From assembly GCA_002633005.1 (NCBI GenBank), contig NMRA01000214.1, forward strand, positions 165,316-229,315: a stretch of DNA of 64,000 nt, read 5' to 3'. This stretch comes from Phoronis australis. Taxonomy: Eukaryota; Animalia; Phoronida. The first letter of the stretch is position 1. Every line of letters begins with the position of its first letter. Positions 24,780 through 38,800 of the stretch are shown in pieces. The notes under the pieces were generated by a model, which searched no databases, was not told the origin of the DNA, and saw nothing but the letters and a program-made list of their open reading frames with translations. A program made the position numbers and the translations under genes.

Positions 24780-25320
24780 AAAACACCTTACTTTTCTAAG
24801 CCTTACTTCAGCAAACTGAATACACTGTCACCTCTGAGTAAACTGGATACGTTCAGGTTGTACAAACATGTCTCAATTATTGAAAGGTATGTTAAATGTT
24901 TACTTATTAAGAAGTACCGTTCAGGTATGGGAATTACCATTCAAATGCACAAGCCACAACCTAGCAGACAAAGTTAAGATTGGCAGACACACTAGGTTAC
25001 CGAAAGAAGAACGCGTTTGTTTGCATTGTTCTTCAAATAATATTAAATACGATAGGCATGTTTAATTAGAATGCCTGAGATATGATGAATTGAGAAAGCA
25101 ACACAACCTAAATGTAAATGTGAATTTCAGTGCGAGAGACCCATTTATGGTCATTATGACAGAATCAAATTGTTTTGACCAGTCAGAAGCTTTTAGTTGC
25201 TGCAGCTAGAGAAAAGAAAAATGTCATGGTAAATTTATTACTACTGTGCTTGTATAATGCTTGCTAATAATTTTGTGTATGGGCCAGAAGCCTTTGTGCT
25301 TGGAATAAAGTTTATTGACT
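24780..25320 (+). mobile_element. Degenerate LINE 3' end (ORF2 C-terminal Cys/His motif)
   Basis: IGRHTRLPKEERVCLHCSSNNIKYDRHV..ECLRYDELR resembles the ETGR...ER.C..C....ED..H....C..Y..LR motif of non-LTR ORF2; followed by AATAAA near 25304; frameshifts and stops. Confidence 0.75.
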
Positions 25321-25415
25321 GTCAATACATTCTTCATCCAATACAGTCACCAGAGTTCTGAAAAATGATGAAATTTTCAAAATGGTGTTCATAACACTCA
25401 ATACTGTACGCTCAC

Positions 25416-25548
25416 CCGCGGTGGTTTGAAGGGATAATCTGGAGCAAAGTGAATGTCTAGGTAGAAGAGGCCTTGCTCGTAGACGGATCCTGGAGGACCC
25501 ATGATTGTTGAGACCCATTCATACAAGCTGTCACCCTTTGGAGCTGCA
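25416..25548 (-). CDS. UBE2E: UBE2E-class E2, coding exon 3
   Basis: (S)[44 protein letters not shown]; ttccag| acceptor, |gtgagc donor; phase 2-0. Confidence 0.95.
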
Positions 25549-27136
25549 CTGGAACAAGAACATGAGTTTTGCTAAACACGTCAGTCAGAGAAAATTACCG
25601 AAGATGTCTTGAAAGAACTTCCAAGGATTATATATAAATAGATCATTTTCTGGGTGCATATTGCCGTCACCTATGTCAGGACGTCCAGCATCTGCTGCTA
25701 CATCTACTAAACTCCTTGTACAAAAAGGACCATCTTATCAAAAACTAACATGGCCACTAGACAAAGCAAGGAAAATCAAATCTATTAAAAATTTACTCAT
25801 ATTGGCAAATTTCTGCAAATTATTTTCAAAATAGTCAATGGACATTTTATCTAATTAATATTATGTAGAAACTTATTGAAACTAATATATTTTCTGAAAG
25901 TTAAGAAAGCCTGTACAATTTGATTTTTGACTTTTTCTAATCTATTGTTAATTGGGTCATGCGATCATTTCCTTTTAGTAAAATTTAGCAAAAAAGAAAG
26001 GACCATAGAAACCAAAACAATGATAACAATAACAAGGTTAAATTATATTTGATGTAAAAGTTCAAGGTGAAATCTTGAAAATACTATAACAGTTTTCAAA
26101 AATATCATTTTGTTTTTGTTTTAAACAACTTTATTTTTTTCATAAAAATCATAATAGTCCAACGTTTGATTAAGCCGCTCGAGCAAAAGGAGAACATTTT
26201 AAAAACAACTTCAAAAAACAACATTTTGGAGAACAGTAAAGAAGGCATGGTATTTGAAAGTTTGATATGAATCCAGTAAGTCGTTTTTGAGACATGATGT
26301 TCCAAAGTTAGCCAAACTTAGACATGTTTCTAGGGTTCTACATATTATACTAATCAAAATGCTCAATAGAGGTCTATTGCATCCTCACTTTACCTTTGTG
26401 TCAAGTTTTACCACGATGTGTCATTAAGTTTTCTATCCCAAAAGGCAAGCAATATCTTTTCAAAAAATTTAAATGGTCACAAGGCGTCGCCAAAGTCAAA
26501 TCCATCCCAAAATGAACAGATACCGGAGCACCCCAATCATTAGTACCTATTGTGCCAAGTTTCAGCAAGATTCTGACACGCAAAGCGGGTTGTAGAAACA
26601 AAAGAGACATGCAGCATTTCATTCCAAGGTTGTGTTTCATTAAAAATGGTCATAAGACTAAAGTCAGACATCCGGTCTTATGCTACACATAGTCATTTCT
26701 GAAAAATAATTAAATCTCACTTGAGCAACAGTCTCTGAGAATGTACACATAATTTCTAGTTACTGAGATAACATCTATAAATTATTTCTATACTGTGACG
26801 GATGCGCTCATAATAGACCTATCGCAGGCTACGCCCCCTTGCGTAATGTCGACTAACAAACAATAAGTTTTAACCGGCAACGTGTTTTTTGTCGGGTAAA
26901 ATGGCCACTTGGAAACTAAGGTATGTCAATAATGCTGCATTTTAACTGGTCATTTAAGCCGTCACTCAAAATCCTGGTGATAGGTCAAATACTTGGCTAA
27001 ACCTTTAGTCAACAATTGTGAAGTGGAAGTGTAAAATGACCCGGCTATTCAGAATACATAGGAAGTAATTAATAATTAATAATAAACAAACAATTATTTT
27101 AATCATCTTCTCAGCCATGCCATCAACCTATTGTTA

Positions 27137-28648
27137 CCGTATTCGCCATAATAACCGCCCAGGGCGCTTAGAAAAGTTCGTTTCGGGGGGGCTCTTATTA
27201 TAACCCAAGGTGGTTGAAACTCGCTCTCCGAAATGGGTGAAATCGGAAGCCAAGACCCATCATATTTATGCTCTGTGACATATCTGTAATCTATGAAAGA
27301 CTTTCTACAAAACCGTGGTGCATTGCTATCAAACTTTGCTGCTAGGTTACGAACATTTTACAGAAAATTGTGCTGAAATCCCAGGGCGAAAGCTCGCCGA
27401 CTGACTGCCTCCCAACTGTCGATATGGCGACTAAAATGCTTGAATAAAAATACAGTTTAGACTCAAGCAAATTACCTGAAATCCTCCTTAAGTTTTCCAA
27501 GTAGCGTCCCTAAGATTTTTAAGTTCCCGTGGAGTCAGGATTAACAGCAGGTTTAAGTACAAATCTGTGCTACATCGTGCCACCTACATGTATGATCGGC
27601 AACACGAGAAAAATGTCTGGACGAACACACATGTTGTTGTCACATGATGTTTGTTTTGAAGTTCGTCTGCGTTTGTGAGTAAGCGAGCCCGTGCATGTCA
27701 CCAGAGTTCATTTGCCAGACTAGAGACTGTCTTTTGGCCACAGCCACGCAATCTAACTAGCTAGATGTGCATTGTATCTAAAGAAATTTGCACATATTGT
27801 AAACAATTACCCGGAGCGTGTTTCATTCAGCACTTGTGGGTCTCGTGTGCTAAAAACGTTCGACATTTGTCTCGGTAAGGCCCATATTAGTGACCCTGGA
27901 CGGAACTATCTGACAGTTATTTTTCGGTGTAAGGGTGTGTAAGCATTCACTGTCAGTGATAATTTTATCAGATATTTGGCTTAAAAACACCAATTATGGT
28001 TAATCAAACAATCCATCTTAAAAGTAATGCAAACATTTTTTATAGTATTAGAAACTGCCGGAAATTAGTGCCAATATTCCTTTGTTGTCGATGCTATGCT
28101 ACCCGTTTCATGAATGGATAGTTCCCGGCTAATGTCTTTGACGACAGGTTCATGTACCTGTAGCGCGCGCTTCCTGGCCACGTGCTTTTAACACTGGCCA
28201 AGCTTTTTATTAGTCTTCGATTCGCGGTTTTCAAGTGTACAAAGAAATTTCAAATTGGATTCTTGTCGAAAGCGGGAAATATCTACAAAGCAATCCCGCA
28301 AACTAGTACACTATGTCTGTCCTGAAAGGCCAGACCATTGGTCCTTGTAAGATCAGCAAAATTTTTGTGTTCGTTTTGAGGCATGGCGGAAGTTTGAAGT
28401 GTATAGTCACGGCTAAATACCTACATAGCAGCGAGGCTCGTGGTCTACAAATTCTGCGCACAATAATTTTTTTCAGGACTGTCAGATCTTATTGATAAAT
28501 TTTAAGACGTTGCTGTAAAATTTTAAGACTGTAGGTAAGGCATTTTTCGCACATACACATTCATGGACTGGGCGCTTATTTTAGCAAAGTCTGAAAACGC
28601 GTGGGAGGGCGCTAATAGGGGCATGGGCAGTTATTACGGCGAATGTGC
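27137..28648. mobile_element. Non-autonomous Tc1/mariner (pogo/Tigger-like) element of about 1.5 kb
   Basis: TA|CCGTATTCGCCATATAACCGCCC left TIR; GGGCAGTTATTACGGCGAATGTGC|TA right TIR. Confidence 0.7.
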
Positions 28649-30374
28649 TAAGCTGTGTTTACTTTCACAGGCCAGTTGGGACAGTTCGTTTTTCTGTGAG
28701 CAGGGTTCACAAAGAACTAATTTCATTGACCTTGCATATCAATTTCACAAGGCCTGTTGTCTGTGAACTGACACCCATGATTTAAAATCCTCAGCACCAT
28801 GACCGACTATTACCCTTCCAAGCCAAAAATGATGTCATTCTAGTAAGTTTAGTACCATTGAGCACACAACTGCAAAATGGCAGATGTTCACGGAAACAGC
28901 GGTCTGCGATATTTCCCTCATGTTTTTGGTCATTTTATGTTATTTATTGAGAATTAATAATGAAAAAAGAATTCGCCGGTGCGAGGCTTTTAAAGCTAAG
29001 ACCAAATAAACTCAGCTGCGTAACAGCATAGCTGATAATTACGTTTCCAGCGCCCCAATTTGTTGTCCACACGAGCCCTTGAAGTGGGGTAAGTTGATTG
29101 GGTGCAGCTAACACTACCTCAAAGTAGTGGGCTAAGTTCCCACATTCATTTCACCTTGCACTATTTAACTTTTGTCAACACTATTACTTAAACTGGAGCA
29201 AGTTACACCCGAGGCAAATTGTGCCAGTTTAAGTGCTGGTCTGAACACAGTTAAAAAAAGTGGTGAACTCGCAATATATTCATAACTTAATAATACACCT
29301 GTCTGACTGTCAACTTGGACACAAGACAAAATGCTTGGCATCAGTCAGCGGTCACCCAAAGGTCAGGTGAATAGATTAAGACACTGGCTGGCCTCCAACG
29401 GGGTCATGACCTGTATTCAAGTGTTATCACATGGTGCCTATTGAAGGATATAGCACAGTACACTTCAGTTATGTCCACAAAGAGTTGCCCTAGAATAGTT
29501 TTCCTAGAGCAACTTGTCCTCCTTTGAGTTGTGATACCCCACACTACACACTCGAGACAACTTCCGACATAAGACAATGAAAAATACTGATACCGATTGT
29601 AAGTAGACAAAAATATTAAGTCAATAACAGTGAAGAGATTAGAAGAAATATGAAAGCATCTGTTTGTATAGCATTCTCCAAATATTTCACACAACAATAA
29701 CTGCTAAAATCGTCATTTCTCCATTTTCCAAAGACTGATTACTGTGAGCACCGGATAACTTACCGAAAACTGTTCGATGACATTCACACAGTACAAATCA
29801 CGTTAGCAATGGACTATTATTTGCTTATTTTTTATTTTTCTAGAAATTTTGACAAAATAGAATTTCACACGAAAGCCGTATCGTGTTCTAAGAGAGGACG
29901 TACTAACTGAGGAAGCAGCTGGCCAGGATTTTGAGTGACGGCTTAACTGACTAATCGGAACCCAGCATTCTTGACACGCCTCCGTTTCCAAGCTGCCTTT
30001 TTACCTGACAAACAACACGTTGCAGGGTAAAACTTATTGTTTGTTTGTCAGCTTTTTGCAAGGGGCGGAGCTTGCTATAGGTCAATAATTTCAACAACAG
30101 CAAACGCCTAAACGCGCTGGGGCGCGTTCCCTTAAAGCAAGTTACCCATTCCAAAATGTTCCATAGTTAAGTGTGGGCGTATATTTGACTCCAAGCCTTG
30201 GGTGACATCCCCAATAATGTGAATATCCCACTGGCAGCAATTTCAGTTATCATGCGCGCCAAGTAATTACCAAACTTAGCCACTACACTAATTTCTGTGT
30301 TGAGGTAATTCTTCATTTACTAAACAATACAATATCTATAGAGGACAAGTGAAATTCAATAGTAAACCAAGTTA

Positions 30375-30750
30375 AACTGTAGTCATGACTAAAATGAAAT
30401 CATTTGTGAGATATTTCAACTAGCAAACCGTCGTCTTGATCACTCTCTGGGCAGCGCTGTAATCGTCTGAACGAGTCTAAGTTTGTTTTTAAGAGAGGGT
30501 TGTAAATTGGCGGAAGTTGATATCGTCCACCATCTCTCTTCAGGTTGGATTCCTATCGGGTTATGTGTATGGACTCTCTTACTCCTCTCTCGATACCAAC
30601 TTCCAAGGATTCACAACCACCTCTTAGAAACAAACTTAAGACAACCAGATGACGACAACCCCATCCAGAGATTGATCAAAACAGTGGGTTGCTAGTTGAA
30701 ATATCTCACAAATGATTTTCATTTCAGTCACAAGTACAGTCTCAACTCAT
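30375..30750. mobile_element. Two inverted Penelope-like 3' termini
   Basis: Minus arm encodes RDGGRYQLPPIYNPLL and plus arm RYQLPRIHNHLL (PLE ORF end); shared gctagttgaaatatctcacaaatgattt in inverted orientation; decayed hammerhead-like motif at 30642-30691. Confidence 0.7.
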
Positions 30751-32821
30751 GAGTCTACCACAGCAGATTAGCTTTCATCAGCATAGGAAAGTGAAATTCT
30801 ATTGTGTCAAATTTCTTAACAAAATAGAGTAATGAAAATTCAGTCTATTATTAGCATTTTTTGAACTGCTTAGATTACATTCAAAAACAGCATTAGATAG
30901 GTTCCATCATTTGTAGTAAAGTACTGAGCCTTTGAAAAACGAAAAAAATATAATTTTGGCAAATATTTTTTAGCAAAATCAGTGGATAATTACTGAAAAT
31001 TTAATACTTTAGAGCGAAAAAGAATCAAAATTTCACGGTGTTGTTTGACAATGACTGCACACAGCATAGACCACACAAATATTGTGAGCTGAATACAGTA
31101 AAAAAACTTCAATATGAGACTAAAATAATGGCTAACATTTCCATATTTTTCTACTTCACCATGCAAACTATTCCCAAATCGTAATAAAGTATAAAATCCT
31201 TAAGATATTTTTGCTCATAAACCACACAGGTCCCGAGAGCGAAAACTGAAATCTGGGCTTAACTTATCTCTCTGCAGTTATCATAGTTATCCACCATAAT
31301 AAAACAGCCCTAGGTTTCATGTAGTTCAGATCAATCACTCATGGCTTAATTGTGTCGCTAATTTGAAAAATGTATGAACATGGCAATTAAAAAATTATCG
31401 CAAATGCTTGCTGTTGCATTATCTGTTTCACTAAGATGAACAACACAAGTCGGTTTCCCATCGCTTGAACCGGTTTACTATTGCTTGAACCGGACTAACA
31501 GCCATTGCAGTAAATATCTAAGGTTAAACGGATTATAATGGAGCAGGTATCCGACCATGTGGAATGAGACCTGGATAAAGGTGAAGTGAAATGAGCCAAA
31601 CAAGACACTTGCTCAAGTTGCATTGTCCTTACTCTTCAGGGGTTCCACTAGTTTTTGAAACGCCAGTTCATATTGATTAAATTCGGATCCCTGAAGAAAA
31701 TTTTCTGTCATTTAGGGTAAATCTAAATTGACTTTCTCGGATAAATATTGAGCCAACAACATATGACCTACGTCTTTCTTCTTTTTTTCTACTCCTTTTT
31801 CAAACGTTTCACTCACAATTTCGAGTTCACGGTAGTAATGGTCATCACCAGTGGCAGTGGCCGCCAAGAACATGGTGTTGCTGGCATCATCTCCAGCGCA
31901 GTGTTGAAATTTACACTTACCGTGCATAAAATCTACCACAACCTCATAATACTATGCGACAAATTTATTCTTCAAAACTGAAATATTTTTGCTTGCAGTT
32001 TTAAGAGCCAAATCTTTTTGTTCACATCCGAAGCCGAAATAGCAGGTGCTCTACATGCGAAATTTTGTGGTTGACCTATTTCTTCCATGAACGGTATGTC
32101 GACCAGTGCCCAGCAAGCAAACCTCAGTTCAATCACATGACAATTTTTTGACTGACATATTATAAGAGCACGTACATATTCAGTACCAAAGGAACAAACC
32201 TGAGTCATCCAATAAAGGAATTCCACAGTAAGTTGAAGTACTTCAAGGCATTTTATTTCATGCACAACTAGTTACTAAATACGTTTTCAACATTAGACAC
32301 GAGATTTTTTCTTGCGACATTTGCACTGCATTATTCTTGTGCATAATATGTCATTCGGCCTGGGGATACAATGCCTCGCACAAGTTTTTTAACAGGAAGT
32401 TTTTCAGTCGTTCGAGTCGCAAAAATTGGAAGTGCGCAAACGAGTCGCACTATTTAGCTAGTTTGCAGTTCAACGACTTTGATGACATTTGTATCACAGG
32501 CTATTTCTAGATCTTAGCGGGTATTTTTTAATGTGTATATTCTCCTATTTCAAACTGCGCACTAAGCTACTTGAATACATGTGTCAGTTAGAGTGCTGAT
32601 TAACTTAAACGTTGGCAACAAGACTTTGGGGTCAGCGTAAATTGCTCAAATATTTTACCGGTCCCAAGGACGTATTATACTTAAAATCTAACTCTTCTAA
32701 CTCATAGAAATTATCTAAGACACAATTTTAACGAGATTCAAAGACTGAATGGAAGCTCAGTAAACTGGGCACGCTCACACGAACTTTTGTCAAACCGAAG
32801 CGAAATTTTACTTGCGGTAGT

Positions 32822-32998
32822 CATATTTATTCCGGAAGATTAAGTGTTTCTACTAACTTATGACGCTCGCCTATATTTAATAGGAGTCGTTAATTCCAAC
32901 TTATGAAATAACCATATTTATTCCGATGGATTAAGTGTTTTCACTGACTTATGAGGCTAGCCTATATTTAATACCAGTCGTTAATTCCAACTTCTGAA
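32822..32998 (+). repeat. Tandem duplication of about 90 bp (2 copies)
   Basis: catatttattccg...gattaagtgttt...cttatga...gcctatatttaata...gtcgttaattccaactt repeated. Confidence 0.85.
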
Positions 32999-33400
32999 GG
33001 GAAGAATATTGATACCACAGTAAAGTTAGTCTCCTAGTAGGCGACCTTCCACACATAAGTTAGGCTGCTTGCAGACAGTATAAAGAATGTTAGGCCGAGG
33101 GAAAAACGGCTCAATGGGAAAGCGGCTACAAATCACGCCTTCAACATCTGCGGAAGAATGCCAAAACAAGACTGATCTACTTCAGGGGTACCATAGAATC
33201 TAGCCTTGGTACAAAGCTGTATATAAATATACAGCTTTGTACCGATGCGGGTAAAAAAGTGGTAAGATAAAATCTGAAACAAAATTAGTGTCATTAAAAA
33301 CTACAGCCTTCCTTGAGTAAATTAAATTAGTTAACGGTATTGGCAAAAATGGCGTTCTACCGTTATTCTGCTTCTAAAGTTGTGGAGCGATCTTTAGTGA

Positions 33401-34497
33401 CGGTGTCGCGTGAAATTTCTTCCCCGTGAAATTTCTTCCCACTCTGACCCTTTTGCGCATGCGCGGTATTGAGGGGAAGTTATTTCACGTCTAAGGCATG
33501 AAATTTCTTCCCCGTGAAATTTCTTCCCAAATGAAGACGGCAGAGCACAGCTATAAAATAAGCCTAAAAATATAAATTCACTACGTGTGTGATAATGTAA
33601 CGATTTTAGTCAATTGCCATTGTTATGTTAGACATTGGTAAATGAATTATAATTAGATTTACTTCAATTCAGTCGCCGGTCAGTACTGAGGCTTGCGCAC
33701 GTATGGCATAGTATACTTTGCGGGTTGTGATCATGCTTTTGTTTGTTTTATTGTACTNNNNNNNNNNNNNNNNNNNNNNNNNNNNNNNNNNNNNNNNNNN
33801 NNNNNNNNNNNNNNNNNNNNNNNNNNNNNNNNNNNNNNNNAGCGCGTGCGTGTGACACGAGCATACTGTTTTCAAAACGACGAAATACTTATCATTGTTA
33901 GAAAAGGCAGAGAGTTACGCAAGAAAATGACGTTTATTGCATTGTTTTTCACTTAAACGGCTGTGACGGGCAAGGGTAGTGTCAGTTGACTCCCAGATTT
34001 TGCATGCACACCGTCCGGTCTTTAGCTTTACATGTTGATACAAGTTTCACGGCGCGGTGACGAGCAGAACTACACTGGCTGCGTGCAATTTCGGGGTCTA
34101 CGGAAGAAATACACGCAGTGGGACCTAGCTGTATTTTGACGACAGTCTTCATACACCTAGCTGGCTGGCTACATAGAATCATGCACACAAGCATCGCATC
34201 TTACACACAAACCACCTACAAACTTATGGATCACGTATACGAGCCCATGAATCATGTATAGAAATCCAAAACTCTTGCATAAGAACAAAAATCACGCAAA
34301 CTAATTACAAAAACCATACATATGAACACAAAACTATACACACGAGCACTGAATCACACGCACGAACACTTTATCGTTTGGTCGTGACGTGTGTATAATT
34401 TGGATCCTCGTGCCGATGATATGTGTTCGTATTTGTGATTTTTGTGTCGCGCGTGATTTTCGTACGTACAAGTGAAGAATTTCTCACTTACACTGGT
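33401..34497. mobile_element. Probable non-autonomous DNA transposon with GTGAAATTTCTTCCC subterminal repeats; spans an N gap
   Basis: Four direct and one inverted (G/A)TGAAATTTCTTCCC at 33411-33528; possible diverged right end GTGAAGAATTTCTCACTTACACTG. Confidence 0.45.
33758..33840. other. Assembly gap
   Basis: Run of N. Confidence 1.
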
Positions 34498-34990
34498 CAC
34501 CCCTAAGAATCCCTTACTCCCAACAAACTTTCATGATACCTATTCAGCTTGCCCTTGGTATTGATGTAGGTGTGAGCTAATGAAGTGGAAAGGTAATAGC
34601 TACCACTAATGTCTCAACAATGATGGTTATAATTGCTACCAAATTGGTTTTCTCTGACATTTGCAGTTACAGCCTGCAACTATGGAGAGTAGTTTTAACT
34701 TGGTACATTTTAAATATTAAAAAATGACCAAAAGTCAATTTGCCTTTATCTTGACCAAGGGCCACTTCGCAAAGGAATGATGTTTCATACTAGTTTTCGT
34801 TATTCTATTTTTAATACTCCTGTCTACTTGCTATTTTTTCTTACTGGAAACAGGTTGATATCTTTTTAATATATTTGTAAACTTGAAGTACCAAAACATT
34901 GGTAGATTTTGATCGTCAGCAAAAAATAATTAGTGCAGTGAATTGTGAACCCATCCCCAAACTTTCTAGATTACAGCTACATTACACTTC

Positions 34991-35820
34991 ACAGATAAAG
35001 TATATGACGTCAGCAAAAGGCTCAACAGGTTCACAACTTGAGAGACACAGAACAAGCATTTCAACTAATTCAACCATTCCCACTAATCGCTACACCACCT
35101 GCAGCAAGACAGATAAAGTACATGGCGCCAGCAAAAGGCTCAACAGGTTCACAACTTGAGACACAGAACACCCATTTCAAAAAATTCAACTATTCCCACT
35201 AATAGCTACGCCACCTGCACGCAGACAGATAAAGAACATGACACCAGCAAAAGGCTCACCAGGCTCACAATTTGAGAAGCACAGAACAAGCATTTCAACT
35301 AATTCAACTATTCCCACTAATCACAACGCCACCTGTGGGCTGGCAGATATGGTATATGACTTCATCAACAGGCTCACAATTTTAGAGACACCAAACATGC
35401 ATATCAACTAATTCAACTATTTCCACTAATCGTTGCACCACCTGCAGGCAAGTCAGTGACTCATGTCTTTCTTTCTCACAATGCCACTACAAGAGGTAGA
35501 ATTAGTTGAATTAGTTGAATAGCTCTGTCAGCTGGATAGGTTGAGATGACTTGGGATTAGTTGGATTCAACTAAAATCAACTAATTCAACTATTCCTGCA
35601 AATCGCTGCGCTTCCTGTGGACAGGTAGATAACTTACATGACGAAATCCACAAACTCATAATGTTAGAGACACCAATCACGCATTTCAACTAATTCAACT
35701 ATTCCCACTAATCGCTGCGCCATCTGTAGGGGCAGCTTGATAACAAACATGTCAGCAACAGGCTTGCATCAGTGTTGATGGCAGGATAAGTTGAGATAAG
35801 GTGGGATTAGTTGGGTACAA
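34991..35820. repeat. Minisatellite with units of about 117 bp and internal inversions
   Basis: acagataaag recurs at 34991, 35109 and 35225; core TTCAACTAATTCAACTATTCCCACTAATC repeated; inverted core near 35495-35570 and 35780-35815. Confidence 0.9.
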
Positions 35821-38800
35821 CTAAACATTCTGACATGTATGTGTTTGCAAACCATGTTACGTTTTGCTGGATTATCCGTCAAAATCATGAACCAACATTC
35901 CTGCACGACTCTAACCACCTCACTATCACACCTGGTTGTGTTGTAAGGCCTCTTTCATGGAGGTTGGTTGGCAATGCGAGAAATGCAACATTATAAAATT
36001 CTATTTACCCACTATTCTGTGCCTACACAGACTGTAAATAAAAACTGGGAGTATTTAATGGCCAGACTACAGCTGGAAAACCTAACATTTACTCATTTAG
36101 TCATTGACTGAAAATCCTTAACACTTTTATCATCTGTTGAATGTTTCTACAGTAACTGTTAGTTATACTATAAAACAACAAGAAGGTTTCAGTCTCTGAG
36201 GGGGGGAAACTCCCAACGTATAAGGGACAGATGACTTTGGATTACAGGTTTCAATATGAATGAATTGGTGCCTTTTTTGCTATTTGATTTTCTAAAAAAC
36301 AACTCATTTTGGAAACTTGAAGCTCTTGAAAAGATTTTTATATCAAACTTCAAAAAATATAGAAAGGTTTTTAATATTACCTTTTAAAATTATGGATATA
36401 AAAAGATGTATTCATCAATAGCACGCCATCTCTTCTAATACTGTTTCAGACTTAAAATGGGTTAAAACATGAGAGTTGTCCAAGAACAGGGTGTTCCATC
36501 AAAATAGGGACCCCAGTGTAAAACAGATATACCGGATTCGAAAACAGACTCCCGCACCTTCAAAACAGCTAACCAGCCTGAAAAACACGATTCCCATCTT
36601 TGAAACAGGAATCCCGGAGATCAAACAGGAAACCCAGACAATGTTTTTCAGTCCCGGGGTTTTCCAATTCAAAGGACGGGGTTTGTATTTTTCAAGCTGG
36701 ACTTTTTCAGGGAAGCTCTTCGAGTAGGTACCTTTTTCGAGTTCATTCTCTAAACAGGTGGATATGCTACTGTACTCCTCATCAGACATGTAGTGGAATA
36801 CCCCTCCAGGCTTTCAGCACAACTAATCTGTAGCTTTTCAACATCGCCACGAGTTTCAGGAAATGACGTTTCACAACAAACTAGCCAAACAGATGGCATC
36901 AATGGAAAATTAGACGGTTGTGGAAATATGAAGTTATCAATGAAAGTGTTCTTGAATGTCCACTTCCTGGAATACCACAGTGCCCTTTCGTTATTTCTGC
37001 AAGTCAACGAAGCACTTACCAATAACTTTACAGCTGCTAAGGTGCTAATTAGGTGGCTTAATTCTTTTTTATTTTTGACAGTCAAACACTGATGAAATAA
37101 AGTTTGAATTGTACTGTTGGTAAGAACTAGTTTTATTAGAACAGGAACTTCAAATGCAGGGCTGCCATACCCATGAAACACATAACATGTAACCTACAAG
37201 ATAAAAACCTGCATATCACAAGTGAAAACTTGAATGATTCACTTTCAGAAAATATAAATTTCAATCGAAAGATGGTGCAGTAGTCAGTACACTAAAAAAA
37301 TCTTCAATTTCAAATTGCATTTAACAACAGTACATCAAAACTTAACTCATCACATTGATATTTTGTGGCATCTGGCCTTGCTGTCAGCATAGTTGATTTC
37401 TTCTCAAAATACTAACATCTGAAAACTCCTACAGTGATTTTAGGCCCTTAAGTACCTCTAATACAAATAAATCAGTGACAGCTGACAGCTCTGCAAATGT
37501 ATATCCCTGCCACAAACTTCAGTTACTGGATGAAATTCTGAATATCATTTTGCAGTGGGACTGCTTAGTTCAGGTAAAATAACAATTCATTGAGCATGCA
37601 AAAACATTCTTAAAGAAAGAAATTGCACGGTCCTCAGCTCCCAATTTCATTAGACAAGTAAGGAAGCGAGTACCTGAGAACCAGCACCAATTGACTTGAC
37701 AAAACTTATTGCCGTACAGGTATTGATTTTTTTCTAGCCGGTGACCAACTATCAAGTCACTCATTAACAGTTATAGCTGAAAACCCAGTGCCAGTGCATT
37801 AAACTAGTAATTGCTCGTTCATTGACGTTATTTTGATGTAAAAACAAGCTGGAGTTTGCTATAATTACTACTACTATTGCAGTATAATGTTTTTTAACTC
37901 CTATATGCAGGCTACAAAGTCATAACAAGCCAACGACTGTGTCGGCTTATGTGATGTCTGCGTCACTGTAGTTTTATTCACAGATCAGTCGAAATACTGA
38001 ATACTGTCAATCCGCTCTGTGTTATCTTTCTTTAGGCTCGTCACAATATTCTAATTATAACGGGGTGGTTTTAACCACATACTATGAGTATTCGTTCCAA
38101 ATGTCTTCATGCATTTGCAATATTGGCTGATTTGTTGGATATGTTGGCTAGTCGCACACAGTCAGCTAAGTCAATCATTGGCAAATATGGGAGATAAGTC
38201 TTAATTCGGTTGCATTACAACCTAACAAAGATTTTAAAATTCATAATTATTATAATCTCATTGATGCAGAGTTCAAAGTTGATCAACAAAATCATGCGCC
38301 AAAGGTTGATCAACACAAGACTAGAAAACCTGTGACGAAGTATAATGTGGCGACTTCCAGGCATCAGCGAAGTGTGGGGAGGAAGCAGGTACAAAGTTAT
38401 GATATGGCCACTCGAAAAAAAACGGCAAATTCTACAAATAGGTGACTTTTCAAACAAGCTTCTTATACACGGAAAATTCACATTGGGGAAAATGGATTCT
38501 TGAGCAAATAAAACTCTCAACGACACTACAGTGGTCCCAAGAACTGGAGAGCAACACTTGACAAGGAGAATTATCTTACTCACCCCCTACCCACACTCCT
38601 AAGTAGAATCCACAGTGCGTTTGTAACATATTCCCCTCCTACAATGAGCCCTTGCACAAGTCTCTGATAAAGAAAGATGCCAACCTCAAATTATTTGCAA
38701 TTTCTCCACCTTGCATTGACGCCTGTATGTGACACCTGACTGTACTGGTAGGTCATTGAATACATGGTTAATAGACAAAAGAGAATAGCATGACCCAAAC

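Noticed and set aside
34991-35820. CRISPR-like repeat-spacer array
   Set aside because: The spacers are homologous to each other, there are no cas genes and the context is eukaryotic; it is a minisatellite.
36499-37181. Overlapping ORFs of 77-143 aa
   Set aside because: No recognisable domain or consistent splice structure; possibly TE debris.
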